A stretch of DNA of 63,250 nucleotides, filler included, from Ionaspis alba (GCA_964255285.1; 2 parts of 2 records of this genome joined end to end with filler, not necessarily neighbours in it), one strand, 5' to 3'; shown: positions 50,001 through 62,700, counted from the whole stretch's first letter. The notes: generated by a model from the letters alone, not told the origin. A program made the numbers and translations.

Positions 50001-51752
50001 ACACTCCTACGAATGAGCGGACGTCTTCTGGAACCTTCCCCCAGTCTCAAGATACGGGTCCATCAGAGAAAGCAGATACGAGCCAGGCGAAGAGCTCTGC
50101 AACACCAGGAGTATCCTCGACGCAGGACAGTATTCCGTTATCCGAAACCCTCAGTTCGAACAAGCCACCTGAAATTGGAACTTCAGCAGCGAATGAAAGT
50201 TTCAGAGAAATTGGACAACCCAGTGCTCCACCAGATATCCCAGGATCTTTTCCTGGTGACTCAACCCCTTTCCACACTCCTTTGAACACTTCGGGTATTT
50301 TAGAAGCGCCACCTCCAAATCAGAGCCAGTCTCCCATAGAGAGTCTTGCGATTCATTCGGACGAACCTTTTGGCGCCAAATCAGATTCTCGAGATCCCGC
50401 CTCAGCGAAGGAAGACTTTGATGCTGCATTCGAGGGCTTTGGAAACAAGGGAAAGGACAAGGGAAAGGAGCCGGAGCCTAGAGGTCAAGGATTCCCAGCT
50501 GATGCATTAGATCAAGCAGCTCCACGTGTTGCGGGTGGCGAATTCCCACCCATTCAGGAATTTGGTGCAGATGACGACAGTGATAGCAGTAGTGACCGTG
50601 GGTTCCAAGACAATTTCACAGCTGCTTCTCCGCCACGACATCAGCGGGACATCTCCCATGAATCAGGAATGACCAACCAATCCCTGTATGGAGCCAGCGA
50701 TACATCAGCCGCGGGTGTGACCGGCCTACCACGGCCCGGCTTCGATCGAGAAATTTCGAATTCGAGCCAACTTCCTACACCCAATGCTCAAGCTTCGCCA
50801 CCAACGTATGACCAGACCGTATCACCCAACGGGGTAACGAAAGGACCCAGAGACTCAAATCAATTCCCTGCCGAATATGGCGGACTCCTTCCCTCTAGAG
50901 AACCCGTCACGTCTCCTCCAGAAAGTGCCATTCGATCTCCCTCCGACGGCGACAGGAACTCGCCCTTCTTCGGCAGCCCCGTCGCAAGAGACCGCGCCGT
51001 CTCCGGTAGTTCCATATCTTCTTCACGCATGCCCATGCCCTTCGGCGCGACCGCCGCTCCCTACGCCTACAACAATGTCCCCATTTCTTCCGAGCCCTCG
51101 TCCTCACACAATCAACCTCCTATTCCTCCCAAAAATGCCTTCGACGACTTCGAGAACGAATTCGGCGACCTTTCTGAGGCTCAAGCCGCCGACGACAAAG
51201 TTGAAGACGAATTTGCGGCCTCGCAACAGGCGGACTTCGATGAGTTCAACCCCACTTTCGACTCCCCTCCTCCCTCGAAAGCTACGGCCAGCTCGGTGAA
51301 TCAGGATGCCAATGCCTTCCACGACTTTGAGTCCAGCATATCCAGCTCGGCACAGCAATCTACCAGTCGGCAGACTGCGCCGACAGCGGCGGTGAACCAT
51401 GACTGGGATGCCATGTTCGCTGGTCTCGATGGCGGATCGTCCCAGACCAATGGGGATGGAGCTAGGGACCCCGCGATCCCGCCGAAAGAGGCTATTGGGA
51501 GTAACTTCGAGGTTGCGGCGAAGGATAGCGAGGTGGCTGCGAAACCAATGCTCGGTAGGACTTTGACGACGGAGCATGATGATCCGATACTGAAGAGGTT
51601 AACTGGGATGGGGTATCCCCGAGATGCAAGTCTGGATGCATTGGAGAAGTTTGACTATAATCTTGATAAGGCATGTGGTTCTTGATCTGTAGAATTAGTG
51701 GATGTGCTGACTTCTTGGTTAGGCGGCAGATTATTTGACGTCAAAGGGGTAA
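47048..51752 (+). CDS. EDE1: Ede1/Eps15-like endocytic adaptor (3 EH domains, coiled coil, UBA), spliced
   Basis: EH domains (IWQIAD, IWNLAD, IWDLAD...EFAVAMHL), long coiled coil, NPF motif, C-terminal UBA LTGMGYPRDASLDALEKFDYNLDK-AADYL via a GC-AG intron at 51671-51722. Confidence 0.93.
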
Positions 51753-52480
51753 AGGGGTTGTTGATTAGGAGAATGGGAAAAGATGTATTTAAGGTGGCTT
51801 GGTAGGGATGTATTATGATGTACAATTGCTGTCGTAAGAATAATTTAATATGAACTGTCTCGCAGAAGGACCTACTTGGCTTCTAGCTTCTGGTAATATA
51901 GGAACTTCTTTTCTCGTGACCTGCGATTTCTGCTTTTCAAAACGTTCGTAATCAACGCCTGCCATTTTCCCTCAAGACAGAAATCTATTTACAGGATCCG
52001 AGACTCAAGGCGGTACAGAATGGGGCCCGCAAACACGATTCCGACTGTTTGAAGTTCTAAATATGTCTTTATCCTAACCACCCATCCCATCATCTAAGCT
52101 CACCACAGAAATTCCTAATCCAAGACATACTCCACAAGAAAACCATCTCGTCCTTTGCCCCCTTCTCGCAAGCACATATAGGCCAATATTCTACACACAA
52201 TGTCTCCTGGGTTTCGAAAACAACGCACCGACAAGCTCGAAGACGCCTCAAAATTGCAGTAAGGCACTGGCCATCTATGTGCCAGATTCACGAGAACCAA
52301 GCTTTCTCTCCACCGTCCTGTACCTCAAAGCTGCCGGGGGAGCGACACTAGTGTCCCACGGCCCACGCCTCAAACCATCGAGGCGTGACCAGGGAAAAGC
52401 TCTGTGGACCTCACCCTCGTCCGTCTCGGCTCGGCACTTTATTTTGAGTTCTCCACTGCATCGGCCACTATCGAGGGTGA

Positions 52481-55400
52481 CTACGATCGCCCAGGTGCTC
52501 TGTACAGATCCCGCAGCGCGTGATCGACGCTATATGGACTTATATATAAAGTCGAGCTTCTGGCTCGTCAACTTGATATCATACATCTTTATCGCAAGCC
52601 GTAGAAGCCTAATGGAAATTGGTGCTGATAGGGACTGACTGTGGCCGAGGGAGTTCTCTCATGACCTTCTCGCGCACGGCATTCTCGATATTAATAGCAT
52701 GCTCATGATCTTTGTTCGAAGCCCGCTCGATATCAATGTCGACCTCTGCCAGTGAGCATAATGAACTATCGTCTTTCGAGGGTGATTTTACTGGAGGCAA
52801 TGGCGACGATGCGGGACGCTTCAGGGGTGAAGGTCGGCTGGAGCTGCCTTGGATTTCAGGGTAGGCGTGAGTGGTCGGTGGGAAGTGAGGCTCGGCTGGT
52901 GGTTTCGGTTTCGGTGCCGGTGGTGGGGATAGCACGGAAGGATTTCTCGAGCTCGGTTCTGGGGGAGCGCGCTCGAGTTTCGGAATTGAGTGATGCAAAG
53001 ACTCGTGTAACGACTTTTGTTGAATAGGGTTGAAGGCAGTTTGCGCTAGATTAGGCCTCCTGAGATGTGGAGAGCTGGTTGAAACTCTTATGGAAGGAGA
53101 TTTTGGCGTCATCTGGTCTGGGTTGGAGATCGTACTGTGAGAGTACTTTTGATGGTCTGAGCTGTGGCGGTGGTGGGAATCTTTGGGAGGGATTCTGGAA
53201 GTCATGACTGGACTTTGGATGGTGGACACGGAGGCTTTCCGATCCGATTTGGGAGTCGTGTTATGCAGGGACTTGGAAATCGACTTGGGGGACGAAGTAA
53301 GAGGATTTCTCACAAATGATTGGAGGGGTGCCCGATTGGTGTTTTGTGCAGCCGACGTCTTCTTTGCTGCTCGACCAGCAGAAGGCTTAGTTGTCAGAGA
53401 ATTGCAACTAGCGCAAATCCAGCCAGGGATCCGTTGATTTATGCCAGCACAGCGGAAGTGTTGATACGGTTTAAGACAATCCTATGGATGTTAGCGTTTG
53501 TGGGTTCAAGCCACGGGGCTGAGATAGAGGTTAGTACACACAATGTTAGAGCAACGTATGATGTTGCACATTCCGTGTAGCCTTTCGTCGCAAATACACG
53601 TTCCGTACCTATGGCAAGGTTCTGTCGGCGACCTCGCATTGTCACCGCCAGATCCAGACCTCGATCCAGACCATGAAGTTGTGTTGTCCATTAATGGTGG
53701 GACAGCATTTGGTCTATCCAAATCTTCGTCACTTATGTCCATTCGCTTGGGATCCTTCTCGTTCGTCTGAATAACCGCCTCGCAGTCTCTGACCAAATGA
53801 ATCTGGATGACGCCCTGTAATAGCAATTTTGCCAAGTTACTATGGAATTCTGCATTCATGTCCGGTGTTCTGAGCCACGCTCGGTTTATTCTACAAAACC
53901 TGATCAACGCTTCCCGGAAATGAACATGGCTGGATAGATTCTCGGTCAACATATGTCTATCGTATCTGCAGATGAACTCTTTCTCCGTAAGAGACATGTC
54001 AGTAAAGCTCCTGATAACATCGGCGTGTTTTTGAAGTAGCCAGCTTTCGCCAATCTCATCATCGCTCTCGCTGATTTCTTCGCCTTCCAGTAATGGCCGC
54101 TTGGATACCGAACGATAGAATTTGAGGCCATCAGGAGCCGGAGGGACTGGAAACCGTTTTCGATCTGGAGCTGGTATGTCTGGTACTGCTTCTGCACGTC
54201 TGCTTTCTATTGGTGCAAGAATATCGATTTTGGGACTGTCTCTTGCTGAGGCCCTTGATCCTTCTGCGAGGTGTGAAGGATTCTGATGGCTGACTCCTCG
54301 CATCCCCTTCTTACTCGAATTTTCTTGTCCTTTCAGATACGTCTCTAAGTCGACAAGTGTGTTAGGTTTTACCCAATGCATTTCCCTCTCATCCGGCACG
54401 TTGTTTGCAGCACGTGATCGCTGAACATCGTTCACATCAACTAATACTTCCGCAGAGATTTCTTGTTGGCCGGTGCTTGATCTGCCGAGCTTGATGTTCT
54501 TTAGCTCGAATTTGAAGAGATCGTGGCTGTGGATAAGATGAAAGTGGAACTCGTCCATGCTACCGAGTTTCAATCCGTTGCACAGTGGGCAGATATACCC
54601 AGCAAACTCGAGCTTTTGGATATGCTCCCAATCGCCTTCGAATATCCATCGAATACGTATCAATGGCTTCGCAGGATCAACTTCCGAAACAGGGGTTGGG
54701 AGGTTGGGAGGAGGTATCGTCTTCGAGCGGAGGCTTGCGTTGCAGATCTCAAGCGGACTTGGGGGTAGACCCCATGCTGCTTTGATCTTGAAGCTCAGCT
54801 TTGGCTTATAGGTAGTTTTATCTTGCCATGCCATGGCTTCCAGGAGAGAGTCTGATAGCTCTTCGGGGCAATTCGGGAATTTTTGCCATCTTGCGACTAG
54901 CAGCGGCAGTCGAACCATGCCTCCAGCTTCCATGCCTTCTGATACCTTCGGGGGTGGAGTCTGTCCTAATTTGAAAGGAGGCCATGGTTCGGAAGTGTTG
55001 GCTGCGAGTAAAGTGATCTGAGTGTTGTAAGTTTGATCAATGAACTTCCTGGAGTCTTGTCGGCCTTGCTGCTGGAGCTGTTCCAATTTCACGTAGAAAG
55101 GTTCATCCATCGAGACGTTAGCGATTCTTTCACCGGACTCTTTGGTCCTCGCCTGAATAGTACAGGCCTTGGTTTGCTCGATGAGTTTTTCCTGGTTCCC
55201 TGAGCCGTACTGCCATACTGTAAGCAGGCATTGCGCGTGAATAAAAGTGATGCGAGCTTTTTTCGGTGTCGGCTCCGACTCCCCTACATGATCCCGAAAC
55301 TGCGCTTTCCTGTCTTTTACATCCGTCACTTCAATTTTGAGTACAGGAAGCTCGGTCTCCGGTCGTCGACTGTTGAGCAGATTCTGCAGGTCTCGAAGAT

Positions 55401-55635
55401 TCCATAGCGGCGGCGTTGGGTCTCGCAAGCCTAACTGGTTCCGGGTCGCCCCATTGAGACCAACCATACCTTGCGTAGGTTTTCGAGAAAGACGTGCTTC
55501 TTTTCGACAGTGCAATAGAACTGATCTAATGTTTCGATGCAACAGGACTGGATTTCGGTGTAGTCGTAAATATCGATAGAAGGTGATGTTACCAGTAAAT
55601 TTTCGGTTGAAGTCTCGTTCGTTCTTGGTTGACAT
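52481..55635 (-). CDS. SUZ12: SUZ12-like Polycomb PRC2 subunit (C2H2 zinc finger + VEFS box) with spliced C-terminal PHD finger
   Basis: CPLC...FHFHLIHSH zinc finger. VEFS-like FYRSVSKRPLLEGEEISESDDE...WLLQKH...FTDMSLTEKEFICRYDRH. Intron 53482-53541 joins a PHD and the low-complexity ORF 52609-53313. The end is 52481 if a last intron is spliced, otherwise 52609. Confidence 0.8.
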
Positions 55636-56451
55636 ATCAATACAAAGGCATCGATCGAGCCTTACACGGTATGCTTGGCCGAAGGTCGATATGATTTTCC
55701 TCCAAACGAACAACCATAGCTAAAGGCTCCTTTTGAGCTGGGGTCCGAACCTGGGACGCACAGCTGATATATCTTTTGCTGATCGTTAGACAAGTGAAGC
55801 CGATATGAAGCTTTATGTAACATACTCAGTGACGTCTGCCTGCCATCACCCTACAGAAGGAAAGCACGGCGAAAGCAAGCAAAACAAAGGTTATGAATTA
55901 TGTTCAAATGTGTAGCTCTCTTAGCATGAGGTGACACAACTTGAGATTTGAAAATTAAAGTATAGAACGCGTATTTTGATCAGTTTTCTTATTCTCTAAA
56001 ACAGGACTTGCGAAGAAGCTGAGTGGGAGGCGGATGGGAGTATTAATCACTCAAGACCTTCGACCAACTAACACCCATAGCAAGTCAGGGTCGCGTTTCG
56101 CTGCACGTTTTTCTGTGAAAGTAGATGAGCAAGAAAACGCGTAATGCGACTCGGAGGTGGGTCATCCGAAGGTGCGTGGAGGTGAGCTTCGTCGAGTCTC
56201 GTAGTGAGCTCCATGTACTCTTACCCAAAGCAACAGGGGTTATGGGCGCGGGTGGTTGGATGAGGAAGCGCTAGAACTTTCGGCCTCTCTCTCGGCCCGA
56301 AGGTGGATAGCCTTATTTGAAAGCCTAGGAAGTGGCGTATTTGACTCTTCTCGAAGTTATTAACCAAATGACCACCGCGAGCATGTCTGCTACGCTCAAC
56401 TCTAGCGCAGCGAGCTGTTCTGTCCGGCTCATATGACTGCGCACCAACAAT

Positions 56452-58590
56452 ATGCGTACCCGCTCGGCCAGGAATTGTGCCGCCACGACGTCAACGAGAA
56501 GTCGCAAGACTCGGAGTCGTTTCTCGTACAAGGAGGATCCCTCTGATGAGAGCTCCTCGGAGAGCGCAGAGGAAGTCAGCGATGCGGTACCAAGAGGAGT
56601 AAGAAATGCAGAGCTTCAGGCGTCTAAATTAAAGTCAGCACGATCAGTATCAAGAAAACGTAAAGCACTGCAAAGCAAACTAGGACGACCACCACTCGCG
56701 AAGAAGTCGAAACCTACTTCCAATTCGAGGCCAGCAGTAACCATTAGAGGGAAGCCTACAGATGCAGTCAGTCCCAAATGGTATAACTTACCATACGAGA
56801 TCCTGCTTCAGATCTTCCAGTACGCTTCATATCCTCTATACGATGATCAATACCAGCCGAATCCTTCGGCCCAGTGGTTATTGAAGACCGCTTTGCTTTG
56901 CAAGTCCTTTGCCGAGCCAGCGCTGACGGCCTTGTACTATGCGCCTCCATTATCCCCACCTTCACGAGTGAGAGCGCTCATGGAGCAGCTGGCCTCTCAG
57001 AAGGAATCCGCCACTTTTGATTATAGGAGTAAGATCAAATATCTAGATCTCGAGGCTACTTCGACGCTGAGGCACAGATACGCTGGACGGGAGCCCATCA
57101 ACATGGCAGAGCTCGTAGCTTTGACACCTCAGCTTCGCGGAATAGGGATACATCTAATGTCCGACTGGCACAAATATAACCCGACACTTGCAGTGATTCG
57201 GCGGAAGCAGGACATAATGTACAAAAAGTCCCTTTTCGATGCCTTGGAATGCAACAAGATCTTCTTGCGTGAATGGAAGTGGAATTTTGATGCCTATCAC
57301 GTGGACCACAAACATGATCCATTCCCTTGGTCTTCCTTGTCGCACATACACTCTAGTGCATCATTTAGGAATCTTCGAAGCCTCGAGATCTTCTGGTATA
57401 ACTCATACCATAAAGGTATGACAGAGTTAAACCTTGCTGCTGCTATCAACGCTTTACCTAGCTTGAGACGTTTGAGCTTTCGAATTTCTTACGTAGGTAA
57501 TACGACACTCTTACCATTATTGCCATGGAATTTGCAATCACTCTGCTTCTGGGATTGCCCGGATCTAACCTCGGAAACGCTGAGCCTTTTCTTGAGCACT
57601 CACGGCGGTAATCTTCGGGAGCTGATTCTAGATCACAATCGAGCTCTGAACCTTGGCTTCCTCGTCAATTTGGCAAGGGCATGCCCCAAGGTTGAGAGAT
57701 TAAAGATGAATCTTACCTATTTCCATTCATCGACGGTGAGATCGGACACAGAACCAAACTTCGAGTTTCTCCTCCAGGCCGATGAGGTTCCTAGTTGGCC
57801 CTCGAGTCTTCAATACATTGAACTGTTACATCTACGGAAATGGCAGACAAATGGGGCACAAACCCTCTTCAAGTCACTATTAGATTCTGCAGCGACTTTG
57901 CCACATCTTCGAACGTTGATCGTGAAAGCTAGCATCCAAATAGGTTGGAGAGATCGAGCCAGCTTCCGCGACCAATGGATTGGTCAGCTTAAGAGAGTTT
58001 TCCTCCGAGAATGTCCGCCTCCAAATCCATGGAGCGGGTTCCTGGTCAATCCAAAGAAGCAGAATTCTGACGTCGAAAATGGGAAGGAGCAAAGCGTTCC
58101 GTCCGACACGTCAGAACAGGCACGCTCTAGGCGCTCCAGTCTCCGACCCAGACACAGTAACAATCCACTGCCCGACAAGCATCTTAGGGAATCACTTGAC
58201 TCAGAGACAGATAGTGATGCGCCAATCCTACATGTCAATTCCCGCCGCAGCAAACGCCTGAAGGAACAAGATGTCGATTTCGCTGTACCGGCAGCACCGA
58301 AAGGAGATGTAAGGGTTCTACGACGTAGAGGTCGGCCTAGGAAGAGCGCTTCTACGGAAGAAAGTGCTGAAGATAGAAACGAAGACGAGGTCAATGGCTT
58401 GAAGAGAGAAGACTCGGAAGAAGATATTTTCGTCCAGGGCTTGTGCAACATCGTGGAAATTCGCATCGACAATCTTCGACCGGCAGAGAATCAGTTCGAT
58501 GAGAATGATTTCCTGGATGAAGAGGTTAGTGGAGATGAGGATTGGAACGGCGAGGATGTGCCAATGTCTGATACTGTACATGCTTGGTAA
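56452..58590 (+). CDS. F-box-like / RNI-like leucine-rich repeat protein with AT-hook-like motif
   Basis: 712-aa ORF. LPYEILLQIFQY F-box-like start, LxxLxL repeats (LRSLEI, LRRLSF, LQSLCF, LRELIL), RRRGRPRK, acidic C-terminus. Confidence 0.75.
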   Translation: MRTRSARNCAATTSTRSRKTRSRFSYKEDPSDESSSESAEEVSDAVPRGVRNAELQASKLKSARSVSRKRKALQSKLGRPPLAKKSKPTSNSRPAVTIRGKPTDAVSPKWYNLPYEILLQIFQYASYPLYDDQYQPNPSAQWLLKTALLCKSFAEPALTALYYAPPLSPPSRVRALMEQLASQKESATFDYRSKIKYLDLEATSTLRHRYAGREPINMAELVALTPQLRGIGIHLMSDWHKYNPTLAVIRRKQDIMYKKSLFDALECNKIFLREWKWNFDAYHVDHKHDPFPWSSLSHIHSSASFRNLRSLEIFWYNSYHKGMTELNLAAAINALPSLRRLSFRISYVGNTTLLPLLPWNLQSLCFWDCPDLTSETLSLFLSTHGGNLRELILDHNRALNLGFLVNLARACPKVERLKMNLTYFHSSTVRSDTEPNFEFLLQADEVPSWPSSLQYIELLHLRKWQTNGAQTLFKSLLDSAATLPHLRTLIVKASIQIGWRDRASFRDQWIGQLKRVFLRECPPPNPWSGFLVNPKKQNSDVENGKEQSVPSDTSEQARSRRSSLRPRHSNNPLPDKHLRESLDSETDSDAPILHVNSRRSKRLKEQDVDFAVPAAPKGDVRVLRRRGRPRKSASTEESAEDRNEDEVNGLKREDSEEDIFVQGLCNIVEIRIDNLRPAENQFDENDFLDEEVSGDEDWNGEDVPMSDTVHAW

Positions 58591-59351
58591 TCACATACCG
58601 TGGCATGAGTACGGCTGTTACGAGATATTTGTGTATGGTCTAGACACATTGGAGCTTGAGCAAAATGCTTGGCCAACGATTCGTCGTAGGTAGCAGTAAC
58701 TTCTTTATGCACGCTACAACCAGTGTTCCTAATATGGCCTGTATGAGACTTCATTTGAGAGTTGGTCAACCTTACTCTAGCAGGATATTCAACGTGCGAG
58801 CAGGACACGAAGCATTTTGAGCTGGATTCAAGAAGAAACATGCAGCTGCGAAAGACTCAACGCTATCCCTTCATGATTGACACGTTTATCTAATCTTTTC
58901 TCGCAAGAATGGCAACCCGTTACACGCTAAGGACTAATCAAGCGAATGCCTGGAGCTTTCGCTTGTTGACATAAATTGCCGCTGATCTGCTTTACTCTCG
59001 TCTTCATCATCTTACCAGGGTTGCAACAAAACCACTTTTGTTTCAAAGCAGACCTCCCTGAAGCTGATCCACCGAATTGCTTCTCGATTGCCGTATTCTG
59101 AAATTCAAGGTAGCAGTGAATCTTTTTCGTGTTTACTATCGGTTTGCAGCCCGCCAGAAAACCCAGACTCTCAAATCAATGCATACACCCACTAACTTCA
59201 AAATGAGCTGGAAGTGAGACCATTGTCATTTCACTGAACCTTGTGAGTTGACATTGCTGTGGTCCAATCTTTAATGCTAAGAGTACAGATACAGTGGACG
59301 GAAGTACGACTTACATTGGTGGTCGACCAACGTTCTTTTCAACCCGCCAAA

Positions 59352-60179
59352 ATGACGAACTTCCTCTCCTTGCCACCGGAGATCCGAAACAAGATATATG
59401 AACATTGTCTTGTTGTAGGAGAGATCAACCGGGATCCAGACTGGTTCGAGCAGCACGAAGACAAAGCCCAAGACCAAGACAGCGCTGAGCGTGTACCCAA
59501 TGTTGCTCTCCTACAGACAAATAGCAGGATCAATGCGGAAGGGAAAGCAATCCTTTATGGCCATAACATCTTCCGAATAACCGGCAGAGAGGGTCTGCCA
59601 AAAGAGTCTCGCTCAAGGATTATCAATATCTCGTCCAAGGATCTCATTTGCCAGTCGATGAATCTCATTCGCCAGGGGAAGATCGACTTTGACTTTAGGG
59701 ATTTTCCGTCTCCGGAAGATTTCAAACATAGACGGCAAGACTTCAAGATGATGCGTAAGGCTGCGTCCAATTCCCAGCACCTTGCGGAGAGATCTAAGAG
59801 AACCTTAGACATGCACTGGACAATGGTCGATGAGCTCGAGAGGCGATGGTATGATAAGATCGAGGTTCTCCGTTACATCGAGTTGGATCGACTTGTGTTG
59901 AACTTTGAGTGCTGCTATTGCAGTCTAGGCTGTTGTCGCCTCGTGGACTCTGTCACTGACATGCTTACTATTCCATTCACTTATGAATTCTTGATACCAC
60001 CGGCCGCTCCGGAGGGACTTGTTCTGCTCGGTGTCTCAGAAGAAGAGGACAGACTGATCAGATCGATGCTTTTTACAGAAGGTAAGCTCATGTGTAAATG
60101 GACTTCAAAATTGACGAAAGCAACAATACTGACAATTTCCTTAGTTTCAGCTTCATCTTCGCACGAATTAGACTCTTGA
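59352..60179 (+). CDS. Fungal F-box-like (DUF7730/2EXR-type) hypothetical protein
   Basis: MTNFLSLPPEIRNKIYEHCLV...ALLQTNSRINAEGKAILYGHNIF. Probable in-frame 63-nt intron at 60082-60144. Confidence 0.7.
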   Translation: MTNFLSLPPEIRNKIYEHCLVVGEINRDPDWFEQHEDKAQDQDSAERVPNVALLQTNSRINAEGKAILYGHNIFRITGREGLPKESRSRIINISSKDLICQSMNLIRQGKIDFDFRDFPSPEDFKHRRQDFKMMRKAASNSQHLAERSKRTLDMHWTMVDELERRWYDKIEVLRYIELDRLVLNFECCYCSLGCCRLVDSVTDMLTIPFTYEFLIPPAAPEGLVLLGVSEEEDRLIRSMLFTEGKLMCKWTSKLTKATILTISLVSASSSHELDS

Positions 60180-60387
60180 GAGCCAAGAGCCTAGCGGATG
60201 AACTGATAGGCCAACCCTCTCGAAAGATTGATTGGAGTACTTTACGACGGCAGTGCAAATATTCATGACGGTGTCTCCGTGAGGAAGAGCTAGTGGACTT
60301 ATTTCCATAGAGCATTAAGGGAGGCAGAAGCAACACAATATCCATGACAAAACGATTTGAACTTGTCGATCTGGATACGTTTACGCG

Positions 60388-61239
60388 TCAACCTCTTTTC
60401 CTTGCCTTTCCCCCTCCGGCTCCAGACCCCTCGGCACCACTGGACTTCGCAGGTGTCTTGGCGGTCGACCCAGCCATCCAGCCTGCCATATCAAAGTTTC
60501 CCAGAGGGTTCCCACCTGACATGCCCCCAGCCAGTGGATTCGACTTTTGTGATTCCTCAAATTCTTTCTTCATCTCCGGATCCACTAAGTATGGGCATTA
60601 GCACCTCAATCGAGTCTTGCGTACAATTTATGAGACATACTATTGTCCAGCAGATAAGGCATCCCAATCAGCATCCCCATCCCAAGTATCGCGATCAGAA
60701 TCATTGGACTCTTGAGTAGGCTTAGTGGCGAAACTTCATCGTGTTGTCAGCAAATGTTCCCAATATCATCTTCCCCAAACCTCCTGGTCCACCCCATTCC
60801 CGGGTGGAAAGAACAACTCACATCCTCCCTTTGCCTCGTAGTAGTCCTTCCTTCCCGCTACTCTAGCATTCACGTCTACTTCCCCTGTCCCGCCACCTAT
60901 TCTTTCCCCCCTGTTGTCCCATTCGTTCCCTCTAAACGTCTGCCACGCCTCTATCTTTCCTGAACTATCCACATCGACTCTGAGCGGCATGAAACTGTAA
61001 TCCCGGGTATAGACATCGCAAAGATAGCTTCCTAGAGCTACGTTGCGAAAAGAGAACTTGTTGCTGCGCTGGAGGGGAGCGATCAGGGTGGTGTTAGTCT
61101 TTGTGAGGGTTGCAAAGCTTGAGGAGGGAAGGATTGAGAGGGAGGGGATGAGAGTGGAGGAAGGGATGTGGAGATGTAGCGTGCTAGCGAAGGCGAGAAC
61201 TGGTAAGGCAAGGGAAGGGAGAATAGTTAGGAGACGCAT
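60388..61239 (-). CDS. EMC7: ER membrane protein complex subunit 7 (DUF2012), spliced
   Basis: Signal peptide, FSFRNVALGSYLCDV...PLRVDV...WQTFRGNEWDNRGE...DYYE, TM exon, C-terminal MDPEMKKEFEE...FDMAGWMAG. Confidence 0.85.
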
Positions 61240-61669
61240 AATGCTATGAAGCTTAATGGGGAATATATATGACTGCTCTATTGTCCTTATAGAGGAGGTT
61301 TCGGGAAGCTTTGTAGGGCTGAAATGTAAGGCTGATGATCCCACGCTAGTATTGTTGGTTATCCACAGCACGATGGTTGCTTGCGACTTAATTCTGTATC
61401 TGATGAGAAGATATTGGGAATGTTCGTGATTTACTTAATCCGGTCAGAGATGATTTATTGTTGAGCACCTTAATGACTGCTCAAAGGGATCGTACAAAAA
61501 GTTGGCTGCAGAACCTCAACCTGGCTATCTAGATGTCAATGGCTAGGTACTCTCTTTTTCCAGTGTTCTTAGACAGTTTTGGCATCTAAGAAGATCAACG
61601 CAATCGGTATCAATCATCTCAGAGCCCTGAAGTCCTCTTTTCTGTGTCTTTCCTACCTCGATTTGACGA

Positions 61670-62700
61670 ATGCTTCATGGAACACTCGCCTCTCGGCAGA
61701 TTGCCAATCGAGATATCTATTTCCAGAGGGTCAAATCTATCATATCGTTGACCCAATCTCGTGTGATCGACCCTCCTCCAATCGATCAGACTGTCGAGGC
61801 ATGGCGACGACGTGTCGAGCATGACCATCAGGCGGACTTCAGGCACGTTATCTGCCCTAGAGCTCACGTTCCAGAGGGAGAGTGTATGTGGCTGCAATAG
61901 CTCGACGCTAGTCACCAGTGATTCCGTGGATACAGCAATTCAGTTTTTGCCTTTAGCGATGTTTGTGGCTATACCATTACGGATCTGCTGGCTTTTCTGC
62001 GATGCATTGGGTCACGCGCGTTAAGCCATGTGCAACACCTGAGGATTCTGATGCAACGTAGCTTCATCAATCACTCTGGTTTCCATCGGTACACCGAGTG
62101 CGACGATCTAGATAATCTCGACCGTTGCTTTGTTTCAGGAGCTACTATCGCATTCGCAAATCCGTAGCTTGCAAGTCGAGGTACACCGCTATCTGGAAGC
62201 GATACTCACCATGTCATGGCCCTGGCTCAACGCGTTGATCGAGCTAAACCATCGCCAAGAATTTGTGGAGAAGTTAAACGTCTGCTTCGTACGCACCGGC
62301 TGTCACGCTGCTTGGTGCCCATTGATACCGAGTAGCGAGTTGACAGGCGAGAGACTCCTGTCGGTCGAGACCAAGTACATTCATAGCTATCTGAAAGGTG
62401 GTACGCACTATGATACCTTTGATTGAATGTCTTGTTAGTGAAAGCTGAGATTCTCCTGAAGACTGGTATTCACGCCGGCACAGATTCCAGATTGCTGGTC
62501 CGTTGCAGAAGGATAGCCTGGAAAATATCATTCTTGCTATAGATGCGCTTTACTCTCGACATGGCACCCAGACTACCTTGTCACTAATGACAGTGACGTA
62601 TATCGCAGATTTGAACGAGGTCGACGCTGTGACCGGGCAATGGAGAAGAGTTTGTCAATCGTATGGCCCAGCCCGACCAGAAGAGGGGACTCTGCCATAG
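61670..62700 (+). pseudogene. Possible degraded F-box-like gene
   Basis: Fragments LGRLPIEI (~61690) and EKLNVCFVRTGCHAAWCPLI resemble the LPxEI motif and DRLVLNFECCYCSLGCCRLV of the 59352 gene. The frames are broken. Confidence 0.3.
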
